Shown: positions 38,249 through 48,764 of the stretch, one piece after another | Layout of the letters: every line of letters begins with the position of its first letter | Position numbering within the stretch: the stretch's first letter is position 1 | NCBI GenBank assembly: GCA_002424305.1 | Contig: DIQZ01000051.1 | Location: 3,497 to 67,496, forward strand | Direction of reading: 5' to 3' | DNA: 64,000 nt | From: Firmicutes bacterium UBA5449 | GTDB lineage: Bacteria > Bacillota > SHA-98 > UBA4971 | Translations under genes and position numbers: made by a program | Notes under the pieces: generated by a model | The model's input: only the letters and a program-made list of their open reading frames with translations | Databases searched by the model: none | What the model was told of the DNA's origin: nothing

Positions 38249-39472
38249 CTACTTCAACCATTGCCATGGATTCACCGGAGCACCTTGATCTCGCACTTCA
38301 AAATGAACGTGAGAACCTGTGGATACTCCTGTGCTTCCGGCCTTTGCTATAGTATCACCTTGGAGCACAGCCTGACCTGTCTTCACAACAAGGGAAGAAT
38401 TGTGGCCATAAAGAGTGGAGAGCCCGCCTCCATGGTCAATGATAACAGTATTACCGTATCCAGTTACCCATCCACTATGGATAATGATCCCATCGGCCGC
38501 TGCACGCACAGGAGTCCCGGTAGGAATCCCTATATCGATACCTGCATGGAGTCTGTACCTCTTAAGAATAGGATGATACCTGTTTCCGAAATCTGAAGAT
38601 ATCCTTCCCTGCACAGGCATGATAAACTTCCCGGTCCATCTGGGGATACCCTTCCCTTCTCGAATGTCTCGAGTTTGATGGTCCCGTATAACCCTTTCCA
38701 GCTCCCTGCTGGTCTCTTCCAGCTCATCTAAGGCCCTTTCATACCGGGCCCTGTCACCCTGTAATTTGGTAAGTTGTGTCTCTCTTTCTTTCACCTGGAG
38801 TCCCAACTGTTTCTCCTGACCTGTGTACTCAGATTTCATGGAAGCAAGCTTCACACGTTCTTTCTCAAGAGAAACCTTCTTTTGCTCTACCTCTTCTATC
38901 TGATCAGCAAGTGCTTGGATTTCCAGCTCAATCTCATTTAGGCACTGAGCGTCATTCCTCACAAGCATCCTCAAATAATCATATTTTCCAATAAAATCTG
39001 CAAAACTCGAAGCTGTGCAAAGTGCCTCCAGGTAATCGCCTGGACCCCACATATACATAGCTCTCAGCCTGTTTCTTAGTAAAGCAAGCCTCTCCTCAAG
39101 GCGTCCCTTGGCGATACCCAATTCCCTCTCAGAAACAGCCAAGTCTTGCTCAGCCTCTCCAATGCGCTTCCCTATGGTCTTGACTTGCTGAGTGAGGGAA
39201 ATCAGACGGGTCTTGGTCCTCTCCAGTTTCATCTCAGTTGCATCGAGTTCGCTCAAAACTCCCTTTTCCTGCTTCTTGATTGTGAAAAGCTGTTTCTTGG
39301 TCTGGTCAACTTGGCCGGAAAGCTCCTGAAGTTGATTGCGTTTCGCCGCAACGTCAGATGCCGGCTCTCCAAGGGCGGACGGAGAGACCGCACCATACGC
39401 CAAACCAACAATAAGAAGAAGGATAAGAGCTTTAGGTTTCCAGGTACTTCCTGATGAATACTCCACCCGCAA
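38249..39472 (-). CDS. envC: Murein hydrolase activator, EnvC-like (coiled coil + M23/LytM domain)
   Basis: 407 aa. It has a long coiled-coil N-terminal region and a C-terminal M23 domain (HAGIDIGIPTGTPVRAAADG...GHNSSL). Confidence 0.8.
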   Translation of the reverse strand: MRVEYSSGSTWKPKALILLLIVGLAYGAVSPSALGEPASDVAAKRNQLQELSGQVDQTKKQLFTIKKQEKGVLSELDATEMKLERTKTRLISLTQQVKTIGKRIGEAEQDLAVSERELGIAKGRLEERLALLRNRLRAMYMWGPGDYLEALCTASSFADFIGKYDYLRMLVRNDAQCLNEIELEIQALADQIEEVEQKKVSLEKERVKLASMKSEYTGQEKQLGLQVKERETQLTKLQGDRARYERALDELEETSRELERVIRDHQTRDIREGKGIPRWTGKFIMPVQGRISSDFGNRYHPILKRYRLHAGIDIGIPTGTPVRAAADGIIIHSGWVTGYGNTVIIDHGGGLSTLYGHNSSLVVKTGQAVLQGDTIAKAGSTGVSTGSHVHFEVRDQGAPVNPWQWLK

Positions 39473-40295
39473 GAACCCCCATTAAGACACCGAGTAAGAT
39501 AAGAGAGACACAAAGTCTTACCACAGGGCCGGTTTCTACGATTAGCGGAATGAAAGGTGCGACTGACCCAAGTCTACCTATACACGCCCGATAGCTGGCA
39601 TAGAGGCATAATCCTGAGACAGAAGATCCTATAAAACCTACGATCATCCCTTCAATTAGAAACGGCCACATGATAAACCAGTCAGTTGCACCTACCAACT
39701 TCATCACTTCAATCTCGCGAGCACGGGAAACCAGTGAGAGCCGTACAGTATTTCCCACAATAAACACAACTGCGCCTACAAGTATGACTGCAAGGACTAG
39801 ACCAATTACAGCAATAAACCGCGTGGCCGCCACAAAGTTCTCAGTAAACCCCTGTCCGTAATTGACACCAATAACATGAGGCAAGCCGGAAATTATGGAA
39901 GCAATATCTGAAGTGGTGTCGGGATTCAGCACTCGCACATCAAAGGCATCAGGAAGCGGGTTTTCTCCCAGGATATCTACAAGTCCCGCCTTATCCCCAA
40001 GCTGCCTTGTAAGACTGCCCAGACCTTCATCTTTACTGACGTACTTCACTTGGCCGACCCCATCGACACCCTCAATCTTCTGTTTCAAATCTTGTAAGCC
40101 TTGTCGAGTAAGATTGTCTTCGACATAAACCCTTATCTCAATGCCGGATCTAAGCTGATCATTAATATTGCTTAGATTCATCAAAACCAGGCCAAATATG
40201 CCCAGGACAAAAATGGCCACTACCATTGTCCCAAGAGAGATGAGACTTACATTCCGTTTAGCTGATTTCCAGCCCTCAGCCAGGAAGTACCGCAT
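39432..40295 (-). CDS. ftsX: Cell division permease FtsX
   Basis: It has four transmembrane helices and a large periplasmic loop. The canonical N-terminus MRYFLAEGWKSAKRN starts at the ATG at 40295. The track ORF starts at 40331 and overlaps ftsE. Confidence 0.8.
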   Translation of the reverse strand: MRYFLAEGWKSAKRNVSLISLGTMVVAIFVLGIFGLVLMNLSNINDQLRSGIEIRVYVEDNLTRQGLQDLKQKIEGVDGVGQVKYVSKDEGLGSLTRQLGDKAGLVDILGENPLPDAFDVRVLNPDTTSDIASIISGLPHVIGVNYGQGFTENFVAATRFIAVIGLVLAVILVGAVVFIVGNTVRLSLVSRAREIEVMKLVGATDWFIMWPFLIEGMIVGFIGSSVSGLCLYASYRACIGRLGSVAPFIPLIVETGPVVRLCVSLILLGVLMGVLAGGVFIRKYLET

Positions 40296-41004
40296 CGCGC
40301 TCAGCCTCACCCTCGTAGATTCCCCTCTCATCGTCTCTAATAATTCTGCCTTTATCCAACTCGATCACGCGTCTCCTCAATCCGTCCACTATTAATGCAT
40401 TGTGTGTAGACATGATAACTGTAGTGCCTCTCTTATTAATCCGTAGGAGGACCTCCATAATATCCCATGATGTTTCCATGTCAAGATTGCCGGTAGGCTC
40501 GTCCGCCAGAAGAATAGTGGGATTCCCCACAATAGCTCTGGCTATTGAGACTCTCTGTTGTTCGCCACCGGATAGCTCGCCCGGATGCATCATTGCTTTA
40601 CTCTCAAGCCCTACAAGTTGCAGAGCCTCCTTAACAAGAGGAAGAATCTGTTTCCTTGGTTTTTCAGTCACCAACAACGCAAAAGCCACATTATCACGGA
40701 CAGTCTTGTTGGGAAGGAGTTTATAGTCCTGAAATATCATCCTTACACTTCTTCGTAAATAAGGCACTTCATTAGGCCTTAATCTGGTGATATTGCGTCC
40801 TTTCAAAAGCACCTGACCACGTGTGGGTATAAGCTCCCTTGTCAGGAGCTTCAAGAAGGTAGTCTTTCCGGCGCCGCTTGGACCAACCAGAAAGACAAAC
40901 TCTCCTTGCCTAATAAAGGTGTTCACAGAAAAAAGCCCTGTAGCACCACTGGGATAAACCTTGGTTACGTCGTAGAAGCGAATCAACACAATCACTTCCT
41001 GCAA
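40276..41004 (-). CDS. ftsE: Cell division ABC ATPase FtsE
   Basis: 242 aa. It has Walker A GPSGAGKTT, the ABC signature LSGGEQQRVSIARA, and Walker B ILLADEPTGNLD. Confidence 0.9.
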   Translation of the reverse strand: MQEVIVLIRFYDVTKVYPSGATGLFSVNTFIRQGEFVFLVGPSGAGKTTFLKLLTRELIPTRGQVLLKGRNITRLRPNEVPYLRRSVRMIFQDYKLLPNKTVRDNVAFALLVTEKPRKQILPLVKEALQLVGLESKAMMHPGELSGGEQQRVSIARAIVGNPTILLADEPTGNLDMETSWDIMEVLLRINKRGTTVIMSTHNALIVDGLRRRVIELDKGRIIRDDERGIYEGEAERDAVLPG

Positions 41005-41075
41005 TTAGTGGATAGCGACTTCATCACTAATATTTCGATGATATAGGACTAAAACCCTCCTCCTTTCACCAAGAA

Positions 41076-42029
41076 CTATGTTCCATTTCGTTCTATAGCC
41101 CTAACTGCAGCGCGTACAATGTCATCTGCAGTCAAAGAATACACCTTCATGAGTTCATCCGGCGTACCTGATTGCCCGAAAACATCGCGAACACCGATTC
41201 TCTCTACAGGGACAGGGCACATCTCACCTACAACCTCAGATACTGCACTCCCTAACCCCCCGATGATGCTATGCTCTTCAGCAGTGACCAGGGCACCGGT
41301 TTCCTCAGCCGCTTTAACTACTGCTTCAACGTCAATCGGTTTTATCGTAGCCATGTTAAGCACCCTTGCTGAAACCCCTTGTCCGCACAGGATATCAGCT
41401 GCCTCAAGGCTTGCACTTAGCATTACACCACAGGCAATTATCGTAACGTCGTTACCTTCACACACAGTGGCGGCCTTTCCTATTTCAAACTTGTATCCTT
41501 CATCAAACACTATCGGCACAGCACTCCTACCTGTACGTATGTAAACAGGCCCTTCATGGCGCGCTGCAGCGAATACCGCCTGCTCTGTTTCAATGGCATC
41601 CGCAGGAACAATCACCGTCATTCCAGGGATTACTCTCATAAGAGCCACATCCTCTATGGATTGGTGGGATGCCCCATCTTCACCTACAGTTATTCCCCCA
41701 TGACTGGCTCCTATTTTGACGTTTAATCTACAATATCCCGCCGTCTGCCGCACCTGGTCATATGCTCTGCCCGACGCAAATATCGCAAACGAGCTCGCAA
41801 ACGGGATTTTACCTGACGCTGCAAGGCCCGCAGCAGTCCCCATCATGTCAGCTTCTGCTATTCCCATATCAAAAAACCTCTCAGGGAATTTCTTGGCAAA
41901 AGCATCTGTCCTCGTAGATTTGGAAAGGTCTGCGTCAAGGACTACTACATCACGGTTTATCTCGCCAAGCCTCACCAAGGCCTTACCGTATGCAGCCCGT
42001 GTCGCTATCTTCTGTGGCACATCTGCCAT
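41076..42029 (-). CDS. Transketolase, C-terminal (pyrimidine-binding) subunit
   Basis: 317 aa, a split transketolase B subunit. It sits directly downstream of the N-terminal subunit. Confidence 0.85.
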   Translation of the reverse strand: MADVPQKIATRAAYGKALVRLGEINRDVVVLDADLSKSTRTDAFAKKFPERFFDMGIAEADMMGTAAGLAASGKIPFASSFAIFASGRAYDQVRQTAGYCRLNVKIGASHGGITVGEDGASHQSIEDVALMRVIPGMTVIVPADAIETEQAVFAAARHEGPVYIRTGRSAVPIVFDEGYKFEIGKAATVCEGNDVTIIACGVMLSASLEAADILCGQGVSARVLNMATIKPIDVEAVVKAAEETGALVTAEEHSIIGGLGSAVSEVVGEMCPVPVERIGVRDVFGQSGTPDELMKVYSLTADDIVRAAVRAIERNGT

Positions 42030-42112
42030 GATATCTTATCCCCCTTGTCTATATATACATTGATTTAGGTTCCATATTGACAAATTTGGCAATGTACGCC
42101 CTAACGCAGCAG

Positions 42113-42952
42113 CTACATAAGGGAACCAAGCACAGCTTCAATATGACCTATAGCTTCTTCCGCCTGTTCTCCTGACGGTGCTTTACCGTGCCAGTCCACA
42201 ATGTTCTCCATGAATGGGACACCTTTGCCTTTGACTGTGTGAGCGACTACCAACGTTGGTCTCCCTTTAGTCGCTCTCGCTTCCTCACAAGCGTCATAGA
42301 TAGCCTCAATATCATGACCGTCTATCTCAAGCACATGCCAACCGAATGCCTCCCACCTGGCCGCCGGATTCGTAAACGATTTCACATCCACTATAGTGCC
42401 GTCAATTTGCAGGCCATTGTAATCGAGAAATACCATGAGATTATCCAGCTTTCGGTGGACGGAAGTCATGGATGCCTCCCATATCTGACCTTCTTGCGAC
42501 TCTCCGTCACCAATGATCACGTATACTCTCGTAGGCCTGTTGTCAAGCTTCGCAGCAATCGCCATACCGTTGGCTGCAGACAGCCCCTGTCCCAGAGACC
42601 CTGTGGACATCTCCACACCGGGAACCTGCCTCATACTGGGATGACCCTGCAATCTACTTCCCAATTTTCTAAGTGTAATCAGTTCCTCCTTGGGAATATA
42701 GCCTGCCTCAGCCAAAGTCGCATATAGAGCAGGAGCTGCATGGCCTTTTGACATGACGAATCTGTCCCTGTCAGGCCACGTGGGATCCTTTGAGTCAATC
42801 CTCATTACCTTGAAGTAAAGTGTTGTCAGAATATCAGCAACTGAAAGGGATCCACCGGGATGTCCGGAGCCTGCGGCTGTTATGGATTTCACCACACTTA
42901 ATCTGATATTCTGAGCAATACGTTGCAACTTTTTTGCCTCTTCTTGTGTCAA
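42113..42952 (-). CDS. Transketolase, N-terminal (thiamine diphosphate-binding) subunit
   Basis: 279 aa. It has GHPGGSLS and GDGESQEGQIWE ThDP-binding motifs. Confidence 0.85.
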   Translation of the reverse strand: MTQEEAKKLQRIAQNIRLSVVKSITAAGSGHPGGSLSVADILTTLYFKVMRIDSKDPTWPDRDRFVMSKGHAAPALYATLAEAGYIPKEELITLRKLGSRLQGHPSMRQVPGVEMSTGSLGQGLSAANGMAIAAKLDNRPTRVYVIIGDGESQEGQIWEASMTSVHRKLDNLMVFLDYNGLQIDGTIVDVKSFTNPAARWEAFGWHVLEIDGHDIEAIYDACEEARATKGRPTLVVAHTVKGKGVPFMENIVDWHGKAPSGEQAEEAIGHIEAVLGSLM

Positions 42953-43002
42953 TTACCTCACTCCCTGATGCCAAAGTATATCCTAATGAAGTCATGCAGG
43001 CA

Positions 43003-43728
43003 TTACGTCAGTTTCTCTCGAAGCACTCTTATGACAAACCGAGGTAAGGCCAGCATGCGCACAAACCTGCTTGGTTGACAGACAAGCCGATACAACCACT
43101 CCAGCCCACATTGCCCCATCCAATCCGGTGCCCGCTTCACCTTACCTGCTAAAACGTCAAAACTGCCTCCTACGCCTATACATACGGCACCTTTTATGCG
43201 CGTCTTATTTCGTGCGATCCAAAAATCCTGCCTCGGTGCACCCATCCCGACAAAGAGAAGACGAGCTCCTGACAGATTAACCTCATCAATTACGGCAGAC
43301 TCTTCTCCTTCATCAAAGAATCCGTCACGAGTGCCTGCTACAATAAGCCCCGGCACTCTCCTCTTTGCACATTCAGCTGCTTCTTGCGCTACACCGGGTT
43401 CCGCTCCCAAGAAAAATACTGACCGGTTGTTCTTAGCTGCGCATATGAGTAATTCCTGCATCAAATCAAATCCGGCTACCCGTTGAGGAAGTGGAAACCC
43501 GAGAACTCTGGAAGCCCAGACAACACCGACACCGTCAGGAACCACCAGATCCGCTTCGCAAATAACATCCCTGAGCTCAGCATCTTCCTGTGCCATCATG
43601 GCAATTTCTGAATTCAGCGTCACTACCTGACACGTCCTGTCTCTTGCGACCAATTCCTCGACACGCGAGACAGCCTCTGGCATGTCTACCTTGTCCACCG
43701 GGAGGCCAAGGATGCTAACACGTTCCAC
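43003..43728 (-). CDS. WecB/TagA/CpsF-family glycosyltransferase (N-acetylmannosaminyltransferase-like)
   Basis: 241 aa. Its N-terminus ILGLPVDKVDMPEAVSRVEELV and overall pattern match the WecG/TagA family. Confidence 0.8.
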   Translation of the reverse strand: MERVSILGLPVDKVDMPEAVSRVEELVARDRTCQVVTLNSEIAMMAQEDAELRDVICEADLVVPDGVGVVWASRVLGFPLPQRVAGFDLMQELLICAAKNNRSVFFLGAEPGVAQEAAECAKRRVPGLIVAGTRDGFFDEGEESAVIDEVNLSGARLLFVGMGAPRQDFWIARNKTRIKGAVCIGVGGSFDVLAGKVKRAPDWMGQCGLEWLYRLVCQPSRFVRMLALPRFVIRVLREKLT

Positions 43729-43741
43729 TATACCACCTCAG

Positions 43742-44848
43742 TCATGGGCTTGACTTTTCCCTTGCGGTTTCAACTGCAAGGTAGGCCGCGTCTTTCGCTG
43801 ATTCCGCGAGCTTAGGAGCGAGCGTAGTAAGACTTGTCTTCATGTCTCCCCGCCTACGCCAAGCGTCCTTAACATAGTCAGCGAAAGAATCAACATCACG
43901 TCGGTCCGCTGAAAGTCCCGGCGTCTCGCCTACGATTGAAAGAAGCCCGTCCACTTTCGGATCGTATGATAAAGCAGCAAAAGGAGTCGCGGTAGCTACT
44001 GCAAAAACCAGCGAATGATATCTCATGGTGATGGCAAAATCGGCCTCCTCCATGACAGACAGGATTTCTTGTGGCAAGAAATCGCCATCCAACATATGTG
44101 CACGCTCCTGCATTAACTCAATACATGCCCTGCATATGGTGACATCTTGAACCCTATGGAATGGAACATATACAACCACTGCGCCATGGGTCTTCACCAG
44201 ATCATCGCAGGCTTCAGCCACAGCTTCCATATACCCCGGCACCGCCGGCCAGGGGCGTACGGAGACTATGACCAAAGGGTTCTCTTGTACGGGAATTTCG
44301 TGTGCAAGTAGGAGGTCACGACCGTTTACCATTCCATGAACGAGCTTAAGCCCGAACGCCGGATCCGCTACAACCTGTATTTCAGGTCTGTTGACACCCA
44401 GTGATTTCAAGAGTCCTTGTGACGGCTCATCCCGAACAGTAATCGCATCCACGGAATTACCTACTGTCCTTACGAGAAACTTGCTTAACGCAAGATTCAA
44501 AGGCCCAATCCCTTGAGCATAGAAGAAAACAGGCTTTTTCATGACCTTCGCCAATGTTGCCAGGCCCAGATAATATGGGACTGACCGAGGACTTGTCACA
44601 TCCTGGAGAAGGCTTCCGCCACCGCTAATGAATAGATCTGCGTCAGCAAGCTCCCTGCATAGCCCTGGGATATCCATCCTATTAATGGCATGCACGTTGT
44701 GAAGCTTCTTTGTCAGTACGGGATCATGTGATAAGACTACTATCTCAGAGCCATGAGATATCTCCCTCAAGTGTTGAATCATGGCAGTCAGAATAGCTTC
44801 ATCACCTATGTTTTGAAACCCAAAATAACCGGAGACAACAAACTTCAT
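43742..44848 (-). CDS. csaB: Polysaccharide pyruvyl transferase CsaB
   Basis: 368 aa. Its N-terminus MKFVVSGYFGFQNIGDEAIL is characteristic of the CsaB/pyruvyl-transferase family. Confidence 0.8.
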   Translation of the reverse strand: MKFVVSGYFGFQNIGDEAILTAMIQHLREISHGSEIVVLSHDPVLTKKLHNVHAINRMDIPGLCRELADADLFISGGGSLLQDVTSPRSVPYYLGLATLAKVMKKPVFFYAQGIGPLNLALSKFLVRTVGNSVDAITVRDEPSQGLLKSLGVNRPEIQVVADPAFGLKLVHGMVNGRDLLLAHEIPVQENPLVIVSVRPWPAVPGYMEAVAEACDDLVKTHGAVVVYVPFHRVQDVTICRACIELMQERAHMLDGDFLPQEILSVMEEADFAITMRYHSLVFAVATATPFAALSYDPKVDGLLSIVGETPGLSADRRDVDSFADYVKDAWRRRGDMKTSLTTLAPKLAESAKDAAYLAVETAREKSSP

Positions 44849-46863
44849 TCTGAATCCACTCTGATCTTTCTATGGTAGTAGATGAATACCAAACTGATTA
44901 CAATTCCGACTATTCCACCGAGTATCAGCCCATACAGAGTCCTAAGAAGAGTCGCCTTGATTGGTGTGTGTATATGCGAAAATGTATTTACCATGGATAT
45001 CTGCCCTATACAACCTGCAAGTGCAATTGGCAGACCGACTCTCCAATAACCTGAAAGTGTCACTACAGCCGCAAATATCAACAAAGGATGCCCTATGAGA
45101 AATTCTTTGGTTCTTGGACGAAACACCAACACATTCTCGAGAAATCGCCTCATTCCCTCGTCAAATTGGGGAATGGGCAGACCGAAATAGATGTTACCTG
45201 TCCGCAAAATATACACTAGGCCTCCTAATGCCACAACACCCAGAGCAACAATATGCCATACACGTAGAGGCGCCTTGAGAAAATCGCCAAGTGCTTTGAG
45301 GACTCCTCCGTTTGAGCCCTCCTCAAAGCGCTCCCATTCCACCAGATAACGCCAACATATGATGGCCGCCAAAAATATGGGTAGAGTGTGAGCAGCCTTT
45401 ACCCCGATGAACTTGTCAAGTGACAACATGAAGCTTCCGCTTGACAGGGTGCCTGCAACTAAAAGCCCCCCTATAACAGATATACCTGACGCCTCAAGCC
45501 ATAACAAGATAGCATCTTTTAACTGCAAAGTCTTGTCTGTGTGCGCTTTCCACAGCGATTTGGAGTACAGTGCGCTCACTGCAAGTATAGGAAACACTAT
45601 CGCGCCACCGAAGGCAACCAGTTGTCTCGCGAGGGTTTCCAGTCCGGTTGACAATAGAGCAGCATAAGCCACAATTCCCAGCACAAACATGCCCAACTCG
45701 AGAACAGGAGAAAGCGAAAACAATGCATCAATTAAAATAAATGCGGATGCCAGAATACCGAGGCCAACTACAATAACCAGATATCTGCTGGGAGTGTACT
45801 GTTTGAATGGCCGGGCCTCGCCTATAGAAAACCCTGATGCCTCCAGTTCATCCCGGATAGCCTGAATGTAGTTGAGGTTTATGTCAATACCGTCAACATC
45901 TCCGATTGCAGCAGGAAAGGGACGAATGTACATGACTCTCATATTGCGCTCACGGGCTGCGCGGGCAAATCTGTCCACAGCCTTGTCAAAGGGGATCTTC
46001 TCCATCTCGCGTTCAGTAATGCTGTGAACCCGTATCACGTTCAGATCCATGAGACGTGCAAATTCGCTGTCTCCTTTTTGAACAGCGAACTCCACCTGTC
46101 CGAAGTTCATAGAATCCATTAACAGCAAGTCCGCAACATCACCCATATGGCCGGGATATCCAAGGGTCTCCATGCCTTCGAAGATCATGAGACTGATATC
46201 GTCCTTAGCAGGTATCCGGTTGAATAGAAAATGAATTTTTTCACGAGTCACAGCCGGATAATTCCTGAGCCGTGCTACGATATGAAGCTCTGCCTCAATG
46301 ACTTCACGCGACTCATCCGGATCCAGTCCGATATTGACTTTTTCGAGGTCGCGGATGCTTCTGGCTGTCTCAATAAACAGCCCAAGGCGTTGAGATGAAA
46401 ATGTGGAAACCCGCTCCCCCTCAAGCCTTACAGGAAGAATCTCCACCAAGTTCTGAAAAACAAGCTCGTCCCTGGGAAACACATAAGAATTACCTGTGAG
46501 CAAACGATCTTCGTCTATCATCTGCCTGAGAACAGGATCCGTTACAGGTGCTAATTTATCGTAGTCAAGAATTTGCCTGCCGCTGAACAAATAAGCTTGT
46601 CCTGCATCTGCAATATCCTTAATAGTAACCTCGTTGAGAGCGACAGACGTAAGCCCCGCGTCTCGTGCCTGTCTAAGGAAGGTATCCAGTGGATAGCTCA
46701 TAGATTGACATAACAACTTAGCTGCTTTATAGTCCATAACCAACTCTACGGTATCATTGGACTTCTCAACTTGTGCTCGTCCCCATAATATACCCGTAGC
46801 AGAGACTAACGCTGCAACTAACATCCATACCCAAAGGTTCTTGATACGCCTGGGTCCGGCCAC
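44845..46863 (-). CDS. Large membrane protein frequently linked to csaB (DUF5693-like)
   Basis: 672 aa. It has an N-terminal signal/transmembrane segment and a soluble domain. The C-terminal half has about 10 transmembrane helices. It overlaps the csaB start as ATGA. Confidence 0.45.
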   Translation of the reverse strand: MAGPRRIKNLWVWMLVAALVSATGILWGRAQVEKSNDTVELVMDYKAAKLLCQSMSYPLDTFLRQARDAGLTSVALNEVTIKDIADAGQAYLFSGRQILDYDKLAPVTDPVLRQMIDEDRLLTGNSYVFPRDELVFQNLVEILPVRLEGERVSTFSSQRLGLFIETARSIRDLEKVNIGLDPDESREVIEAELHIVARLRNYPAVTREKIHFLFNRIPAKDDISLMIFEGMETLGYPGHMGDVADLLLMDSMNFGQVEFAVQKGDSEFARLMDLNVIRVHSITEREMEKIPFDKAVDRFARAARERNMRVMYIRPFPAAIGDVDGIDINLNYIQAIRDELEASGFSIGEARPFKQYTPSRYLVIVVGLGILASAFILIDALFSLSPVLELGMFVLGIVAYAALLSTGLETLARQLVAFGGAIVFPILAVSALYSKSLWKAHTDKTLQLKDAILLWLEASGISVIGGLLVAGTLSSGSFMLSLDKFIGVKAAHTLPIFLAAIICWRYLVEWERFEEGSNGGVLKALGDFLKAPLRVWHIVALGVVALGGLVYILRTGNIYFGLPIPQFDEGMRRFLENVLVFRPRTKEFLIGHPLLIFAAVVTLSGYWRVGLPIALAGCIGQISMVNTFSHIHTPIKATLLRTLYGLILGGIVGIVISLVFIYYHRKIRVDSE

Positions 46864-46882
46864 AGACCTTCACCCCACTTTC

Positions 46883-47659
46883 TCAACCTCTCTCTTCTAT
46901 GTCACCCGGCGTCCTCCCGACAATACGTACGACATTATCTTCAACGCTTATCTCGCTGATGATGACAGGAACTGGAAGATCGGACATGTCCAACGAAAAG
47001 TCAAGACTACTTATCAGCCCGTCAGTGATGATTGAAGGAAGCTTAGTATTACCGACTTGAACATTATGAATTGCGTACCTGATGCCTGAACCGTCTCCTT
47101 TAGCGAGGAATGTCCCGTCAAGGCTCACATTGATATCTATCCCGGCTACATTAACACTACCTGTGACTTTTGCTATGCCGGGATCCAACTGAATTCGAAT
47201 CGACTCAGGCATGTTCTCCATACCATGAACATACCGGTTGAGATCGTCCTCAGTAAGCACTACTTCAGCTCTACCTTGCTCAATACGAGATAAAGCCAGA
47301 CGTCCTTCCTCAGTCAAAGCCTGCATATCAATGAGGATACCACTTGCGCGAACCATAAGAGTATCAATCCTAAGACCGTTTGAGCAAAGACCTTTGCAGT
47401 CAATATTCATGGAATTCACACTGCCGGAAGAAATCAAGTTGATTACAGGAAACGTTCTCAGACGGACTCTGACAGATTCAATGCTATCCACATCAGATGC
47501 TATTGCATTTTCCAATCGAGACCCGATTACACGGGGAATGACTAACTCAAAAACTAAGAGAACACATATGACAACCGTGAGACCGGGTATGAGCAATGGA
47601 AAGCCTTCTCTTCTCCGATACTTCAACCCCACAACGTCAACTCCCTTGTCACGACGCAC
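46883..47659 (-). CDS. DUF2993 (LmeA-like) family protein
   Basis: 258 aa. An N-terminal transmembrane anchor is followed by a beta-rich domain matching DUF2993. Confidence 0.45.
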   Translation of the reverse strand: MRRDKGVDVVGLKYRRREGFPLLIPGLTVVICVLLVFELVIPRVIGSRLENAIASDVDSIESVRVRLRTFPVINLISSGSVNSMNIDCKGLCSNGLRIDTLMVRASGILIDMQALTEEGRLALSRIEQGRAEVVLTEDDLNRYVHGMENMPESIRIQLDPGIAKVTGSVNVAGIDINVSLDGTFLAKGDGSGIRYAIHNVQVGNTKLPSIITDGLISSLDFSLDMSDLPVPVIISEISVEDNVVRIVGRTPGDIEERG

Positions 47660-48759
47660 TCATTTTTGCCGCGACCCTAAGATATGTTTCGATGAACTCG
47701 TTAATATCACCGTCCATGACTGCCTGAACATTGCCTGTTTCAAGCCCGGTACGATGGTCTTTGACCATAGTGTAAGGTTGGAATACATATGACCTTATCT
47801 GACTTCCCCAGGCAATCTCTCTTTGCTCGCCTTGGAGCGCATCGAGTTTCTTTTCCTTTTCAGCCTCCAGATGTTCAAATAGCCTTGCCTTGAGGATCCT
47901 CATTGCCGTGATCCTGTTCTGATGCTGAGACCGTTCATTTTGGCATTGCGCAATTATCCCAGTGGGTATGTGAGTTATCCTCACAGCAGACTCTGTCTTG
48001 TTTACATGTTGCCCTCCTGCTCCACCTGATTTGTACGTATCTGTTTTCAAGTCATCAGGGTTTATCTCAACATCCACATCCTCAGGAATATCAGGGATCA
48101 CATCAACAGACGCAAATGACGTATGCCGTCTGGCATTAGCATCGAAAGGCGAGATTCTGACGAGGCGATGTACTCCTTTCTCAGCCTTTAGGTACCCGAA
48201 ACAGTTCTTTCCGCTTACCAGAAATGTGACACTCTTGATTCCTGCTTCGTCTCCCGGAAGAGAATCAGTGATCTCAGTCTTGTACCCGCATTTTTCAGCC
48301 CATTTTAGGTACATACGAAGAAGCATCTCTGCCCAATCCTGGGACTCTGTTCCCCCTGCCCCGGAGTGTATTGATACAATAGCATCAGATCCGTCGTACT
48401 CACCACTCAGCAAGTGAGCGACCTCAAGCTGTGAGACAACTCTCCCCAAAGACTCAACGCCTTGTTCAATCTCGTCATCAACCGAATCGTCTCCCTCTTC
48501 TATCGCAAGATTCAAAAGAGTCCAAAGATCCTCAGCTTGAGCCATTGTTTTTTTCCAAGATTCAACGTCTTCTTTAAGCCTGCTCGCTCGCTGCAGTGTT
48601 TTCTTGGCATCTTCCGGCTCATCCCAGAAACTCGAATCAGCCATTGTATTTTCAAGCTCTTTGAGTTGCGCTAGTTTCTCTTCAACTTCAAAGATAACCC
48701 CTCATCTTCTCTACTCTGGTCTTAAGCTCTGCTAAGACCGGCTTAATTTCAGTGAGCAT
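47649..48759 (-). CDS. prfB: Peptide chain release factor 2, with programmed +1 ribosomal frameshift
   Basis: Frame 0 starts at the ATG at 48759 and encodes MLTEIKPVLAELKTRVEKMRGYL. It ends at the classic shift site AGG GGT TAT CTT TGA C. CTT is at 48693..48691 and TGA at 48690..48688. The +1 frame then continues EVEEKLAQLKELENTMADSSFW... into the 331-aa track ORF, which has the GGQ motif SGAGGQHVNKTESAVRITH. Confidence 0.85.
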
Positions 48760-48764
48760 GTTAG

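Noticed and set aside
47649-48644. RF2 ORF appearing N-terminally truncated (possible pseudogene)
   Set aside because: The upstream 23-codon frame-0 leader ends in the canonical CTT-TGA-C programmed frameshift site. The gene is intact.
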